A DNA stretch of 60,887 nucleotides, filler included, from Basidioascus undulatus (Eukaryota), in the NCBI GenBank assembly GCA_000826855.1. It is 4 parts of 4 records of this genome, joined end to end, with 100 filler letters (N's around TTAATTAATTAA, not from the genome) between each part and the next. Parts side by side here need not be neighbours in the genome. Positions count along the whole stretch, not along the records: positions 30,164 to 40,339 come from JTLS01001171.1; positions 40,440 to 50,615 come from JTLS01001172.1; 2 more parts are not named here. One strand, written 5' to 3'. A model generated the notes under the pieces. That model was not told the origin of the DNA. It did no database searches and saw nothing but the letters and a program-made list of their open reading frames with translations. This document shows, in pieces, positions 36,698 to 48,951 of this stretch; within the stretch, counting starts at the first letter, position 1, and each line of letters starts with the position of its first letter. Both the position numbers and the translations under genes were made by a program.

Positions 36698-38902
36698 ATG
36701 GTCAGTCAAGACTCTCAGGTCGTTTCCTTGCTTGGGCCCTGTGAGTGTATTTCTGTTCTTTACCATCAGCGCCCTTGCTGAAAACCAAGGGAACAGACAC
36801 CGCAGGGCTGCTCGTACAGACCATCTTCCTCGGTGTGCTGCTGAGCCAGGTAGGTCTTCCCGTTGTCAGCGTACTCTCACTCATCATGACTGATAGACCA
36901 CCCGCTATTCTTACCCAGTGCCTCGACTACTTCCGCTTCTTTCCCAGTGACAGCCTCAAGACGAAGTGCTATGTCACGTTCTTCCTGATTATGGGCGTGA
37001 TCCAAGGAGGCACAGCATTCGAAATGATCTTTGGGAGTCACATTTTCCGCATCTATAGCTGGTAGCCTGTCGAATCTACGACTCTTTTATTCGGTTACAG
37101 GTCAATCTAATCTACCACTTCGGGTACGTCACACATCGCAGGGCGTAGCGGCCGCCCTACTGAGATGGCGTTTGTCCCTCTTGCAGTGACTTGGCTGCAT
37201 TCGACCAGCCGGACTGGACGATGCCCTTCGAGCTCATAGCCACCGGTTTCGTCATGCTCATCTCGCAAATGTTCTTCGTGGAACGGTGCTACGCTGTGAC
37301 TCGTAATCTGGTCCTAGCAGTGGGTCCAGCAATCTGCTTCACGCATTACCGTCATGATATGGTACTCACGACGCAATTCCGGGCTGCAGCTAATCGGAGC
37401 CGTGATGGCCGTCGTAGCCTTTGCTGGTGCTTTATGGCTGGCTATCTCCTTTGCTCAGGTGCACACTTTGCAGTACCCGTCGGTGCCCATGTTAGGCTCA
37501 CCCTCGATCCTTCCCGGTTGTCTCAGGTCGGCACGTTCAGTGGCATCCACAGAGTCCGTCCCGGTCCAGCATCTTCATTCTTTTCGTCCTGCAAATGAGC
37601 AACTCACAAAGTTACCTTCATCAGCTTCGACCTCAATGTTTAGTCTGGCTTCTCACCGCCCTCATCACCGATTTTTACCTTTGCGGCGTCCTGGTACGTT
37701 CGATGATAGGGACCCCGTAGTACTCCCAGCCAGCATGCTCACCCACTCACGCAGAGTTGGCTCCTTTGTAAGAACGTAAGATTGTGGAAGGCCGAACGCT
37801 TAGCTTATGGCGTTTTTTGGTTCATCGCCAGACCGTGGCCGTACCGGTTTCCGGGCCACAGACTCGGTAAGACGTTTGTTTCGCATTCCTCTTCACAAGC
37901 CCGGGCGGCGAGAGTGACGCAAGATTCTCCTTCAGATCCTTAGCAAAATCATTCTATTGTCCATGGAAACGTGTTTCCTAAGTAACACCCTAGTTTCCTC
38001 TTCGATTTTTGTCCTTGAACTCACTCAACGTGCCAGCCTGCGTCGTCGTCCTCGGACACCTAATCACCTACATCATTTGGCCCGAGTCCAACTCCGTGCA
38101 CCTTGGATTCCGTGATTAGCCGGCCATTATTTCGTCTTTGTCATACAGCGACTGATTCCGCCTCTCAGAGTTCGTACAAAGCAAGATCTACTCTCAGTAC
38201 GTCTGTTTCGTTTTGGTCGAGCTTCGGAACACTGCTGCATACACACATTCTCGAGGCTGACCTTTTCTACACAGTTCCGTAATGGTGACTTTGGTGAGGA
38301 GGCATGATTTCTTTTCATCGAAAGAGTTGCCATGCTTATATATCCATTGCCTCTCACCACGATTGCAGCTACCGCCTCGATCTCCGCAAGATCATCGCCC
38401 GTTCGAAAGGGTGCGCTCTCCGGATCCTCCACGCATTGCGTTGCGATTCCTCCTGCGCCTCGAAGACCTTGACAACCGCCGGACCTCGCTCCCTCTCCAG
38501 GCAAACCTTCTCTGACTCCCAGAAAGGCCGGAGCCCATCCGGCAGCCGCGCACTCGGCTCCGTACGTCGTCCACTCTTCCCACATCCCCAACCGCTCCTT
38601 AAAGTTTCTACCTGACGCCTTATACACGTCCCCCCTAACCCCCTCTTAACTCTCTCCAGCGGCACGACAACTACGAGCTGGGCGTGCGCATCGACGGCGT
38701 CCCTGATGCGTCGACCATCACCGTCACGCAGCAGCGGGAGGTGTACGTCGAGGAAGGGCGGCATGAGAAGTACGGGGTGCAAAAGTCAGCGAGTGCAAGC
38801 CTTGATGAGCTCGACGAGCCGGAGCCGGCCGAGGATTACAGCTCGACGGCGACGCTCAGGTACTCGCCTAGCACGGACATCCCCGCCGAGCGCTACCGCT
38901 GA
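36698..38902 (+). CDS. Multi-pass membrane protein resembling the basidiomycete DUF6534 family
   Basis: LLGP|..LLVQTIFLGVLLSQ|CLDYFRFFPSDSLKTKCYV, LIYHFG, QMFFVERCY, VWL...TDF, RTGFRATDS, ILLSMET, in short exons with canonical splice sites. Confidence 0.7.
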
Positions 38903-39479
38903 GGGAGCGCGATGTGAAGGGAGGGGCGGGGAGGGGTGAATCCGGTCCGGGATGGAAGAAGACTGCTCATGCATATTCATATGTATCCCCATGGCATTGT
39001 GATTCATTGGGCTTCGTATATGGAGCAGCCGGCTTGCGACTTTTGAGATTGAAAGCTCCGACGAGTGATGATAGAACTGGGCTGTGGGAGTTCAAGGCGC
39101 TCGAACGAACGCCAAAGACCACCGCGGCCAGAGTGGGGCTGTAGGGCTCAGCGCGCGGAAGCTGCTAATCAAGAACATTAAGTTTATGCTTCAAAAATAT
39201 CATTTCAATAGTGCTGCAGACCGGAACTTCAAAGTTAAACGAAAACAGTCCACGCTGAGGTTAGCCTCAGGAGTAATGCAGGGCACGAGAATGCACGGCA
39301 GATGTGCTGGCATGGAGATAAAATTGATGCAGAGTACTTCTAAGCATACTCTCCCTTCAATCTAAAAGCGGGATCTCCCCTGATCCCTCCGCGCCGATGT
39401 GAACGGAGGAATCCGTTCCGGAAGCTGATCAAGATCCTGACTTCCACGCCGCTCCACGCGGCGCTGCGCACTTCCGACA

Positions 39480-39789
39480 AGTACGCGTCGACCAAGATGG
39501 CAGGCGGGCGTCCCGCATCGATGATGCACCACCGCACGCCCTGGCGCCGCCCGCCAGCAAGAGCCAGCTCAAGGTGCTCGCGAAGCGGCTGAAGCGCGAG
39601 CTGGAGGACTTGATGAAGCAGGGGTTGACCAAGGGCGAGGCGGCCACGCTCACGAGGCTCATGAACGGCGGGAAGGCGCGTATGGAGCAGGATGCGAAGG
39701 TCGCGAGGCGCGATGCGGAGAAGATGGAGAAGATGAGGAGGAAGCAGGATAGAGGGAGAGTCAGGGTGGCCAGGTTGGATAGTGACTGA
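39480..39789 (+). pseudogene. Codon-biased 3' gene fragment, charged and helical, unknown origin
   Basis: SQLKVLAKRLKRELEDLMKQGLTKGEAATLTRLMNGGKARMEQDAK...SD* with strong GC3 bias and no clean upstream frame. Confidence 0.35.
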
Positions 39790-40339
39790 TGGTCGGGTTT
39801 AGAGGGGAGAGAGCGTTGTGCGACCGTCGACCATTGCATGATACCCCTCTCCACGCAGTCTTCTGGTGTTTTGTGTTGTTCGAAGAGAAGGATGCGGGTG
39901 AACAGCCGTGTGCACCGCTCGGGCACGCCCTGCATAGCTCGGGCGTATGCTCATACCTTGACTTGATGAGACGACACCTGCCCCATTCACTATACGCGGG
40001 TGCTGAGCATTGGTATCGACTTCCTGTATCTGCGTTTCCAGAAGACGGACTCTCCCGCATTCGAAGGCGCAGCGGAGGGAGGGCTCAGCGCTAGCCCCCT
40101 GACGCACGTATGGCGCAGTTTTTCTCGTCTCTAGATCTGACCGGAAACGTGGCGCTATATTTTCAGCTATATTTTCGTATGGATTGGCGAGCAAGTGCGG
40201 CCAGTCTGCATGAGATGTTCGAGCTTAGCGTTCACTGTAGACTGAGGGCTCGCAGGCACAAGCTGGATGGCGAGCCGCTGAGCTGCGGATGGCCCCTTCA
40301 GAACACTTTCATGACGTACGACGGTCCAGTGAACCGACA

Positions 40340-40439
40340 NNNNNNNNNNNNNNNNNNNNNNNNNNNNNNNNNNNNNNNNNNNNTTAATTAATTAANNNNN
40401 NNNNNNNNNNNNNNNNNNNNNNNNNNNNNNNNNNNNNNN
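40340..40439. other. Artificial contig-join spacer
   Basis: N44-TTAATTAATTAA-N44. Confidence 0.98.
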
Positions 40440-41455
40440 TTCCAATCATCGTAGAGGGTGTAGTGTCTATCCTTTTAGTGTTTCTAGAGTATATATGTGA
40501 AGCGACTATAATGTAGCGGTATCGAGTAGTGGTGTCAAGGACCAAGATGCATGCTGAAAGAAAAGAAAGAGGTGAGGTGGTCAGATGGACGGTGGGAAGC
40601 GAGAAGACCAGGCCGGTCGAGGCCAAAATCTCGAAACTCGTTTCGCACGTGGCTCCGTAAGCTATTCCCGCGCGGCGCAGTGTTTCTTCCCTTGATGTTT
40701 TCGGTGGCAGACATTTTGCATCACAGAATCAGGATGATCATATCGTAAAGTCGAATTTCGCATGCAGAGCTGACTAGACGAGAGTATGCCAGCCGACCTG
40801 GCATGTCAGTGTGCACTGCGACCTCGTCCTAACATGCTGCTGGAGTTGCGGGCTCTCACAGCAAGAATTTCAACTCAAAAGCGCACCCACCTTTAATGGT
40901 GTAGGAGTTCTAGAATGTGGGGCACAAAGGAATGGGAGCTCTCAGTAGTGCGAGTGGGAGGGGCATGCGTGCACAACGGAGCGCTGTGACAGTTCCGTTT
41001 TCGTGCCCAAGCCTCGCGTGACCGCTTTGCGGGGACTTCTTAGAGAGACGTATTTTTGAGTTTAATACACCTGTGTGGATTTAAGTCAAGGGATACGGAG
41101 GGGGAATGAAGGAGAAGGGGGAGAGCCGGGGTGGGCGCCAGATGTCATAGGCGGTCAACATTGGCTCGACATGCTCATGTGGTCCTTGAAAGCGAGGTTG
41201 CGCTTAGCCGTCGAGAGGCTTGGTGACTGTGAATAGCTTCTGTGCGCGGATTGTTCGCTCCAACCAAATCACCGACACTCGCGCTGAGCATGGCCAGGTC
41301 CGACGTACTGGATGCTTAAACTGCACACACAGTAATCTTCTGTTGCCAGCATGTCTTGAAACTGCTACAGCTCGTACGGAATCAGAAATCAACAAAGCCA
41401 GTGAGTCTGCAGTTGGGTTAGCGTCTCATCTTGTCGGAAACATGTACTGGATAAC

Positions 41456-42380
41456 TTACCCGCTCGCGGCCCTCAACAGGCTCCCGGCCGACCCCAAGTC
41501 TTTGATCCACTCCCATTCCCGGCCCACGGTCCGCACCCTCATTGCACTCCCTGAGTACCTCAACGTTGCCGCCGATGGGAGGATGACGGCGTCCTCCCTT
41601 TGGAGGCGGAAGCCGCGCGCGTTGTACTTTTTGACGGCCAACTGCGTCTTGCGCCGGTGCCGCACATGGGCGGGAACCGCGAGGGAGCGCACGTCCGCTC
41701 GCTGAAGGAGCGTGAAGCCCGGGAAGTAGCATTTCGCGTACGTGGAGAGCGTGTTGATTGCGCAGGACGAGTGCTGTGCGAAGTCGAGGCGGTAAGCGAG
41801 AGGGACTGAAGGGTGCGGAAAGGGATGGAGGCAGGAGGATGCACGAATTGGGCTATGGGAGCAAGAGCATCCTTAAGATCGAAGAATATAGTGAGCTGGG
41901 TGCCGACGCGAACGTACAGGCCGTGAGAGGGACCACCGATGCACCTTAGTCTTTGACTCAATCACATAAATGCTCCAACCGTCCCTTCACCAGCTTGACC
42001 GTCCTCCCCAGCATAGTGTTGCTCGCGCGGCCTTCCGCGCCCGGGTAGCTCTTCCGCACGCCCTCCACGTCGATGGCGTACCCCTCGAACGCCTCCAAAT
42101 GCTTCGCGACGACATCGAGCGTGCCTTTCTGGCAGTACCAGTCCAGACGGCTGTTCCTCCCCCACCCCTTGCCCGAGTCCTCCTGCACGAGGAACGCGAG
42201 CGCCGTGTTCCCGCTGAGAAGGCTCTCGGTGCAGAGCAGGAGCGCGAGCATGAGCGTGGGCGAGCGCGGGGCGTACCGGCGCAGGAGCGCAGTGCACATC
42301 CGCTGGAGTTGTGGAGCGTGAGGGACCGCACGTGCGTGGTTGTGTGCGTTAGGTATTGGAGATAGTTGAGGGGGAGGTGG
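41456..42380 (-). pseudogene. Uncharacterised fungal protein family with nucleotidyltransferase-like motifs; probably disabled
   Basis: LLRRY...TESLLSGNTALAFL...WGRNSRLDWYC...HLEAFEGY, then PIAQF|HSSCAINTL...YFPGFTL...VKKYNARGF after removing two introns. The first intron acceptor reads CGG, and there are upstream stops. Confidence 0.55.
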
Positions 42381-44564
42381 GTGAGATCAGGTCCTGGTCA
42401 CGGAGGGAGGAAGCTGATCAGCGAGTCTGGGCGGTGAGTACGTTGAGCGAAGGGGAGAACTGGCTCACGAGAACGACGTTCTGCACGAGGCGAGCGCCAG
42501 CGTTTGCTGAATCGCGCTGGTATCTGTACAAATACGAGGGGAAAGAGAGACGCGACTAGATGAGGAGAGAAGGATAAGCTTGAGACGAACAAGATGAGAC
42601 GAGCGAACTGAAAGTCAGACGTCAAAGACGCGACGTGAACGCGATTCATTTACACGTCCTCCTCACGGTCCTCACCGTGTTCTCAGGACATAGCCCACCT
42701 GCTTTTGCTCTTATATCACATGAAAACACCATCAAGGCAAGGGCTAGTGACTCCCACACTCACTTCTTGGTCGGGCCGGCTTCAAGCTGCCGTTGCGCTG
42801 CTTGCTTGCAGCCACATGGCGATTCCTCCTCTCCGTGCTGCCCCTAGCCCTCGACACGACTCCAGACCTCTGGCCTACAGTCAGAGCCTAGCCTAGGTAC
42901 TTTAGAGGAAATTTCCCATGCAGCTGTCCATCCCATCCTGCTTCCCCAGTCTCAACGCACTTGTATGCTGTGCTGTCACTGCCAGGCTGGAGAAGTCTCC
43001 GCTGCCACGAGGATGGGCCGTGAGGCATTTTCACCTACCGCTCTGGGCCGCAATCCAGGCAGGTCCACATGTCACATTCAGATGCAAGCTTGATGCTTGG
43101 AAAATGTATCAGCGGATGTATGGCAGCACACTTGGTCGCAAGGCAGTTCGCGTCCTCACAGTGAAGTTAACAATGCCACTAACGCCTCGGCAGCCAACTA
43201 CGAAGAATCATCGGACAATCAAACTGTAGAGGGCAGACCCTGGAAATGAATCTCATTGGAGGTCAATTCGCGGTCTGCCTGGTCTCTCACGCCACAGCCA
43301 GCTGACTTGAACTCGCTCATACCTTGAAGCCTCGGGCATGTCAAGACTCGCCATGCGGCAGATCTCAAACATCAGCAGAATATTGCACATTATGGGTTAC
43401 CCACTTGCGATCGCCAACAGCGCTCGCAGCTCGAGTGCTATGCTCGTATAGAGCACGCCTCGGAGAGTACCTGCGTTGGTGATACAGTTCGTCGTCCGTA
43501 TAGCAGCGCTGGCACATTGTGCTGGCATTTTTTGTGGAAGCTTCTCAAGGCAAGTGTCCATCGACGTGAAGAGGTGGGCTCCACACTTTGTCTCCGCGCC
43601 GGTCCGATTGGAGAGTCCGTGGGGCGAGAGGTGGCGGTGTGGAGGGCAGTGGGTGGCAATGGCGCCAGCACCATCCAGCGCTTTGCGTACGCGGCGTATA
43701 TGTTCGGTTGTACAAATTGACGAACTGAAATGCTTTCCTTCGAAACGCCCGGAAACAGTTGAGCAGTGAACAGTTTCGTCCACGCCCGGCTGCTTCACAG
43801 CCGGCTTTCTGACGGACAGACCGACCGCCTGGACAATCTTTCGACCCCTCTCTGACTTGCTTACCGCTCTATGAGCACTTCCCCTAGAAAGATTTGTGAC
43901 TTGACTGAAAGCCCAATTCATCGTTGATGGTCGGGTGCGGAGCGCCGTCGAGAGAAGGCGTTTTTCTGTGTGAGGGAGCTGCGACGAAACGCCCCGACTG
44001 GGCCCGGCTCGGGAATGACCGGGGCGCCCGGGCGTCATGAGCTTTGACAGCGTCATGAGCTTGAGAGTCCCGATGAAGGCCGCTGGTGTTGGGTCGTTTG
44101 GCTGTTGCGTCGCTCAAGGGCTGGAATATTTTTTGAGAAATATACATTTCGTTATATTCTTACAAAACAAAAAGTTTGGAAGTGCTTGTGGCGGTAAAGG
44201 CGGGAGAGAGCGAGTGTCCGGTGCAGATCGCAGTTGCACGTGATTACGCTCCTGTGGACGGTCGCTCTCGCAAAGCTCGTCTGTGGATTTGGGCTTCGTG
44301 CGAGGTGTTTGGGCCCGAACAAGCGTCACCGCGATAGAAACGCCCTCCGCCTTGCGCCGAGACCCCTTAAGTGCCCGAGTCAGACCTCGGTGCAGCCAGG
44401 CCAGAGACATAATTCCATCGACGCAGGCATCCTCCCTCTTGCTTCCACACTTCCATCTTCCCATCCCACACGCCTCCCGCGACATACCCCCAGTCCCGGA
44501 ATCCAATCTGGCTTCCATTCTCGCTCGCATTCTCTCCACATCCATCACTACACCGTTCAGCACC

Positions 44565-46964
44565 ATGTCCGCCACCAACGAGGACGCCATCTTCGCGAAG
44601 GAGGTCGCCGAGCTCGAGGCCTTCTTCCAGGTGCGTGGAGGGTCCCACAACGAGAGCCAACCCGGGAGACACAGTTGTTGATGGCATTGGCATGTTCTCC
44701 ACAGCAACCCCGCTTTGCCCGCGTCAAGCGCCCCTACAGCGCCCAGCAGGTCGTCTCCAAGCGCGGCACCATTCGCCAGACGTACCCCTCCGACATCCAG
44801 GGCAAGAAGCTCTGGGCCCTCCTCGAGCAGAAGGCCAAGACTGGCGAGGTTAGCCACACCTACGGCGCGTGAGTTCGCATTTTCAGTCTACTCTTTTCCC
44901 CAATTGCGTCGGCAGTCTGGTGGTGGATGGGCTCGTGACGCTGTGTGAAAGTGAACGAGGACAATGACGCTGACTGGCCTTCACTCGCTCCGATTGTTCC
45001 TGCTAGCCTCGACCCTGTTCAGATTACGCAGATGGCCAAGCACCTCGAGACCGTTTATGTCTCCGGTTGGCAATCTTCGTCCACGGCCTCGTCCACGGAC
45101 GAGCCCGGTCCTGATCTTGCCGACGTGCGTCCTCTCCTCTCCCCGCTCACCTCCATTCTCTTTTTTCTTAAACAGTCTCCTAACGGCCTATTGCGCATCT
45201 ACAGTACCCCTACGACACCGTCCCTAACAAGGTCCAGCACCTCTTCCAGGCGCAGCTCTTCCACGACCGTAAGCAGCGCCATGCGCGCTCGCAGCTGCCC
45301 CCCAACGAGCGCGGCGCCTACATCGACTACCTCCGCCCCATCGTCGCCGACGCCGACACCGGCCACGGCGGTCTCACCGCCGTCATGAAGCTCACCAAGC
45401 TCTTCGTCGAGAAGGGCGCGGCGGGCATCCACATCGAGGACCAGGCGCCGGGCACGAAGAAGTGCGGCCACATGGCAGGCAAGGTGCTTGTCCCCATCCA
45501 GGAGGTGCGTTGTGTTCCTTTTTCGTATTCTCTCGTGAAGGAAGAGGACTGACCTTGGTATACGTGGATGAAACAGCACATCAACCGCCTCATCGCCATC
45601 CGCTTCCAGTACGACATCATGGGCGTCGCGAACCTCGTCGTCGCGCGTACCGACTCCGAAGCCGCGACGCTGATCACATCGAACGTCGACGAGCGTGACC
45701 ACGCGTTCATCCTTGGCGCGACGAACCCTGCCGTCGGCTCGCTCGTGGACGTCATGCGCCAGGCGGAGCTCGCCGGCGCCCAGGGCGAGAAGCTCGCGGC
45801 GATTGAGGAGCAGTGGGTCGCCGACGCCGGTCTCAAGCTCTACTCTGAGGCCCTCGCCGACGCCCTCCGCACCAACCACGTCGCCCCCGCCAAGATCGAT
45901 GAGTTCCTCAAGCGCGCCAGCCGCGCCAGCAAGAACCAGACCCTCCAGTTCGCGTATGAGGCTGGCCTCCCCGCTGGCACGCAGCCGTACTGGGACTGGG
46001 ACGCTCCTCGGTAAGTCTGCGCTGCATCCCGCGAAAACGCCCATGTCGCTGACTATCTCTTCCGTTTCTCCAGTGTTCGTGAGGGCTACTACCGCTACCA
46101 GGGGGGCACCCAGTGCGCCGTCAACCGTGCGATCGCCTACGCTGACTACGCGGACCTCATCTGGATGGAGGTTCGTGCCCATCTGCCTTCCCTTCTCTCT
46201 TACCGTCCTTGCCTCCTGACGCCTATCGCTTCTCCCGTAGACCAAGGACCCCAAGCTCTCGCAGGCGCAGGAGTTCGCGCGCGGCGTCCGCTCGGCCAAG
46301 CCCGGCCAGTGGCTCGCGTACAACCTCTCGCCGTCGTTCAACTGGGACGCTGCGGGCCTCAACACGAAGGACATGCAGGACTACATCTGGCAGCTTGGAA
46401 AGGAGGTTGGTCAAATTTCCCCAGCTTCACCTTTCTCTCGCAGAATGGGTTCTGATTGCTTGGTTTGCACACGCAGGGCTTCGTCTGGCAGTTCATCACC
46501 CTCGCGGGTCTCCACTCGAACGCGCTCATCTCCGTGCGTCCCACCTGCCTTCTTGCTGCCTACAGGAAATATTCTGAATTTCTCTTCGGGAGGGAATAGG
46601 ACCAATTCGCCGCTGCCTTCGCGAAGGAGGGCATGAAGGCCTACGTCGAGCTCGTCCAGCGCCGGGAACGCGACATCGGCTGCGACGTCCTCACTCACCA
46701 GAAGGTGCGTTCGCGTCATACTTTCTCGGGCTCAAGTATTTATGGCTGACTTGAATTGCGGTGGCGATGAACAGTGGTCTGGTGCCGAGTACGTCGACGA
46801 CCTCCTCAAGACCGTCACCGGTGGTGTCTCCTCCACCGCGGCGATGGGCAAGGGCGTCACCGAGTCGCAGTGCGTCTTTCTTCCTTCCTCTTCCCCATCT
46901 ATCCTGCCTAACTCACTGGATCCACTTCTCCCGCTCCACCAGGTTCGGCAAGGCCAAGCTCTAA
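44565..46964 (+). CDS. ICL1: Isocitrate lyase (glyoxylate cycle) with C-terminal PTS1 (-AKL)
   Basis: [75 protein letters not shown] (ICL signature), [53 protein letters not shown]. Confidence 0.98.
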
Positions 46965-47918
46965 GCTTCGGACCGGGATGGGACGGCGGCGGAGGGTGTT
47001 GAGATTTGACGAACATGACACACAGACCAGATCTAGTTTTTTTGACCAAAAGACCCTTTGGAGCTCTAGTGACTGGAAGGGCATAATGTATTTTGTACTT
47101 CGACTTCGCATTGATCAGCATTCCGATATCTTGTCTGCGATGGTGGGTGCCCAGTGGGTGCCCAAATGCAAGAACGGAGAGACTGGTTTATTTCCGGATC
47201 TCGCTTCACGGGACTGTGCGATTTGTACGAGAGGGATACATAATGGCAAAAAGTTGTTTGAGACGGTCATGCAGCGACAGCGACTCGGGAGCGTGAGGAT
47301 TTCACGAGGAAAGCGTAAGAAATCCAAGGCTGAGATTGGGGTGCAAGTCGCAATGTCGATGAGGGAACAGAAAGACGCACTGGCAGCGAGCGGTGCCGCG
47401 CCCCCGCCGGCAGCAGACAGACAGTTAACTATCAGGTTTCCAATGTTGAATCTCTGGGTCTCGTTTTTGGGGGTTCGAGCAAGACGCCAGGGAGCTGTCT
47501 GAGAGTGCACGGGTGGCTGAAAGGCTTTGCTGATGTGGACAGACCGCAAACTGTTGTCGCAGCGGGCTGTTACAAAGCTGTTTTCGAGAATAGAACAACC
47601 ATCTTTCAAGGCCGCCGAGTTTTAAAGGGCAATTCCGGAGTCGGTAAAGGGGCGCATACAGCCAGTTTAGGCGTAAACACTGAAAGCAGTCATCCTGCGT
47701 GGAGCGTTTCGGTAAAGCATGCATGCATCAAGGCGTAATTTCAGATAATTCACGCCCCCTTCCCCACCTCCCCACCTTTCATCCCATAACCTACGTTCGC
47801 TTCTGCAAACGCTAGCCAGTCCGCACTACTGACCCTAATGCCGCCGAAGAGCGAGGTAGAGACTAAGCGGGAAGCGAGCGTAAGGCGGTTTCTTTTGACC
47901 TGGGGGGAGAAGAGATCG

Positions 47919-48951
47919 TCAGGTTTCATTCAATAATGACAATGATGAAAGAGAGAACGAATACAACAAGTTCATGAACTCCATCCTTTCCGCGGCATTG
48001 TGGGCCTCCTCGGAGTCGGGGCCATGCTGGATCTGCAGCTCCTCGAGCTCCTTCGCCTTCCCCAACTGCGAAACACGTTGCCCAAAGCTCTGAAGGTCCG
48101 GGAATGTAATATTGGAGCTGCAAATGGCGTGCGTTTCTTTCATGCCCCTTGCACCACCCCTTCCTGAGTTCCTGCTCTGCGGGGCTGAACAGCTCGTGGT
48201 CCAATGGGTAGCACGCCGGGCTTAATGCCAGGTGAGCCTTGTCATCGAATCGAAGGTAATCTGGAAGCTTGACAAGAGCATGCGAGCCCCCAGTGGTCTT
48301 GCATGAACACACTGCGTTTCGTGTACGGCAGAAGGCCGTCGACCTCTCCAAGGTAGTTGACCGAGAGCTACCAGTACGTTGGGATGTCGATCAGAACACC
48401 GAGCTCGGCGCATCCCGTGGCGAGATTGAAGAAGTGAATGATTGTGGGAGAACACGAGTGGCGCATGCTCGAAATGGCAGGAAAATGGCGCTGGCGCGCG
48501 ACTCTGGGCCAGGGAGGGCAATCTCGACCCCCTTCGCTTTCAGTATTTGGCTGATATGGGTGTGGGATCGAGGAGAAGCAGGAGTGCGCTGGTGTTTTTG
48601 ACTTCGAAAAGGCATTCTGCTCGGTCGGCGACAGCATCGAGATGGCCACCTCTGGTCCGTGCAACGTGATACATTGATCGATAGCAATATGAAAGCGGCG
48701 CCTAGGGAGCAGGAGCTCCCCACGTTTGATAGGACGCACCGCAAAGAGACCAGTCGTGAACTGATCGTACGTACTCTTGCGGAACGCCGGGCGTACAACC
48801 GGCGCCGGCGGGTGTAGGACGAAGACCAAGCTAGGTGAGCAGAAAGCGCGGACTGGTATGGGGGCGGAAGCACGAATACAGTGTCGTGTGCGGGTATTTT
48901 GAAAGGGAATACCACCGGGTTTCCGGTAGCATCGATATCTACATAGCGCAT
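47919..48951 (-). pseudogene. SET-domain (SMYD/Set5-like) lysine methyltransferase pseudogene
   Basis: GLFAVRPIKRGELLL, LSPTEQNAF, FPAISSMRHSCSPT (equivalent of NHSCxPN), DIPTYW*LSVNYLG (equivalent of GEELTISY, with a stop at 48370-48368) and DHWGLACSCQA (post-SET). Several frameshifts. Confidence 0.75.

Noticed and set aside
43397..44056. KQPGVD resembles the LINE KAPGxDG motif
   Set aside because: None of the following RT motifs (RPI, QG, YADD) is visible.
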